Of a stretch of DNA of 20,000 bases, positions 18,213 through 20,000 are shown in pieces. Both the position numbers and the translations under genes were made by a program. The notes beneath the pieces are model-generated. The model saw only the letters and a program-made list of their open reading frames with translations, was not told the DNA's origin and searched no databases. Location: positions 687,576 to 707,575 of the forward strand of contig ML996705.1 in the NCBI GenBank assembly GCA_010356995.1. Reading direction: 5' to 3'. Within the stretch, counting starts at the first letter, position 1, and each line of letters begins with the position of its first letter. The stretch comes from Trichodelitschia bisporula. Its lineage: Eukaryota.

Positions 18213-19675
18213 ATGGGAGGATACCATCTCTCCCATGTCAAATCGCCACATGCCCCGCATGGATCACGTGGCTCGGTAAGCTTGATGCTTGATGCCTGAT
18301 CCCTGCAATTCCAGCCCGGCTGGACTTGCAGGGGTGAGGACTTGGTGCTGGTCTGTGCGCTAGCACCCCCAGCTCCCCCACACTCCACTTTCACACGCGA
18401 ACCCTTACATACTTCTTCAAGCTTTCAATGAATGTTATTCCACAACCAATGCTGTGCAACCAGTGGTTTGTGTACCCCTGACAGTAGCCTTAGACACGAT
18501 CATCAAATATCTCATGTCCTCGAAAGAGAGGCAAGCGCGCCTGACCCAATCGCGCCCGACCCCCAAAGCAGTCCATGTGACAAGCTTCGCGCTGAACGGC
18601 TGAAGGAGCAGGAGGAAATCCTCGACTACCTTTGTACGAGTTGATAGGTAGGATGAGAACCCGATATGCTTTAGAATCGCGACTATTTCATGGTAGACTG
18701 GCTGATGTAAAGACGGGACGTAAGGCACAAAGGCACTAAGCAAGTACTGTCAAGGCACTCATGAGTATGGAAGGCATCGTTTGTATTCTGGAAGGGACCC
18801 ATCTGTGAGTTGGGCAGGGAGTGACGGTCAACACTAGGCCTAGTGGCAGGTATTGACCAGGACAGTGGAAGGCGAGATGGGACTACTGTTTACATACTGC
18901 TGAGAGCCCCGCGACGCTGCTGTCTTCTTTGTCCTTTTCCAACCTTTTGAAAGCTTACTTGCGCTTTGCCTATGACTGAGCATTGCCTACATCACCTACC
19001 CTCCATCAATGCTTTCGCCCACTCAGGCCGCCATCAACTGTTACAGGTTCCAGCATTTGGTCCTAAACTCCAGCGGACCGCGAACCATCCTCACAATGCC
19101 GAGGCATTCAAGCTATGCACAGCTAGCCTTAAAAAAGGAAAGCACCGGGCGGGTTCGTAGATGCTTAGATCTACTCAACTTCGTCTAACAATGCTGATCG
19201 CTGGTGGTGTCCAGTCTGGAGTGGCGGGGTAGATGAAAGTGGGACTCGCGCAAGCGCAGGCGCAGGCGCGACCCGTCAGACCCCTGCAAGCCGATCCCAT
19301 TCTACTCAGTTTTGACATTAAGCTGTCAACTAGAACTATCAACTTCAGTTTTGAGAGTGACATGATGCTCCACGTTTACACTCATTTTGGCTTGCGATGC
19401 TACTGCCCTCCCTCCGCTTCTCGCCCGGCGAGTTCCCACTGGTCCTCCTTCTGGGTTTGGGGGATAGCGTGTCCCTCGAGATTGGCTGTCGGTGGTCAGG
19501 CTGCGCCCCCCGGTGCCGGGACCAGCTGCAGCTGTTACTGGACGGCCAGGAGAGACCGAGAATGCCTTTGCGCACTTGTCACAACATTGTTCAGACCTTT
19601 GCAAATACTCCACAACCATCGAATGGTACTTGTTCCATATCCACCCTTCCTGACGAATTCTCCGCTTCCACCAAA

Positions 19676-20000
19676 ATGGCACCGAAGCCTCAACGCGAAG
19701 ACTACACCGTTGGCTGGGTGTGCGCACTCCCTATCGAATTTGCGGCAGCGCAACTTCTGTGGGACACGCAGCATGCGCCTTTCCCGCAAGGTCCGAACGA
19801 GCCTACTTTCCCATACAAATTAGGCTGTATTGGTAGCCACAACGTCGTCATCGCCTGTTTGCCGGCCGGCCGGCCTGGAACGAACTCTGCGCTTTCGGTT
19901 GCGCTGCAGATGAGATCGATGTTTACATCAATTCAGTATGGCCTGATGGTTGGCATCGGAGGCGGGGTGCCCAAGCCGAAGAACAATTTGCGGCTCGGAG
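19676..20000 (+). CDS. PNP_UDP (nucleoside phosphorylase-like) domain protein, probably the N-terminus of a fungal NLR-like protein; 3' partial
   Basis: The start codon is in strong context (ACCAAAATGG). The translation is MAPKPQREDYTVGWVCALPIEFAAAQLLWD...YKLGCIGSHNVVIACLPAGRPGTNSALSVALQMRSMFTSIQYGLMVGIGGGVPKPKNNLRLG. This carries the hallmark YTVGWxCAL, G.IG.HNVVIACLP.G..G and LMVGIGGGVP...RLG motifs, and the frame is open to the window end. Confidence 0.9.
   Translation, partial: MAPKPQREDYTVGWVCALPIEFAAAQLLWDTQHAPFPQGPNEPTFPYKLGCIGSHNVVIACLPAGRPGTNSALSVALQMRSMFTSIQYGLMVGIGGGVPKPKNNLRLG

Noticed and set aside
18826..18858. 14-bp palindrome CACTAGGCCTAGTG resembling fused CACTA termini
   Set aside because: There is no 3-bp target-site duplication (CAA vs GCA), and about one perfect 14-bp palindrome is expected by chance in 20 kb.
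19233..19823. 196-aa ORF overlapping the PNP_UDP gene start in another frame
   Set aside because: It has no recognisable domain, includes a simple GCGCAG repeat, and overlaps a well-supported gene out of frame.

Overview
This is gene-dense, GC-rich eukaryotic DNA from a filamentous ascomycete (Pezizomycotina-like), with very short spliceosomal introns. Left to right: LUC7 (-), intron-containing tRNA-Gly(GCC) and tRNA-Glu(CTC) genes (-), GPI16/PIG-T (+), an unexplained ~2.2 kb stretch with a diverged duplication and an orphan ORF, YSC84/LSB3 (+), a small secreted IgE-binding-type protein (+), a CCDC16/ZNF830-like coiled-coil protein (-), BYE1 (+), EMP65/TAPT1 (-), an HSL-family alpha/beta hydrolase (-), a ~1.9 kb divergent intergenic region, and the start of a PNP_UDP-domain ORF typical of fungal NLR-like immune proteins (+, runs off the window, absent from the ORF track). 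The most notable unexplained signals are an exact GGG(TTAGGG)3 telomeric G-quadruplex motif filling a 53-nt intron, a 19-bp-phased AGTTACCCGG array upstream of the NLR-like gene, long hairpins just beyond the T5 terminators of both tRNA genes, and a single stop codon separating the hydrolase and EMP65/TAPT1 in one reading frame. I found no clearly novel system. All homology calls come from motif recognition by eye, with no database searches.
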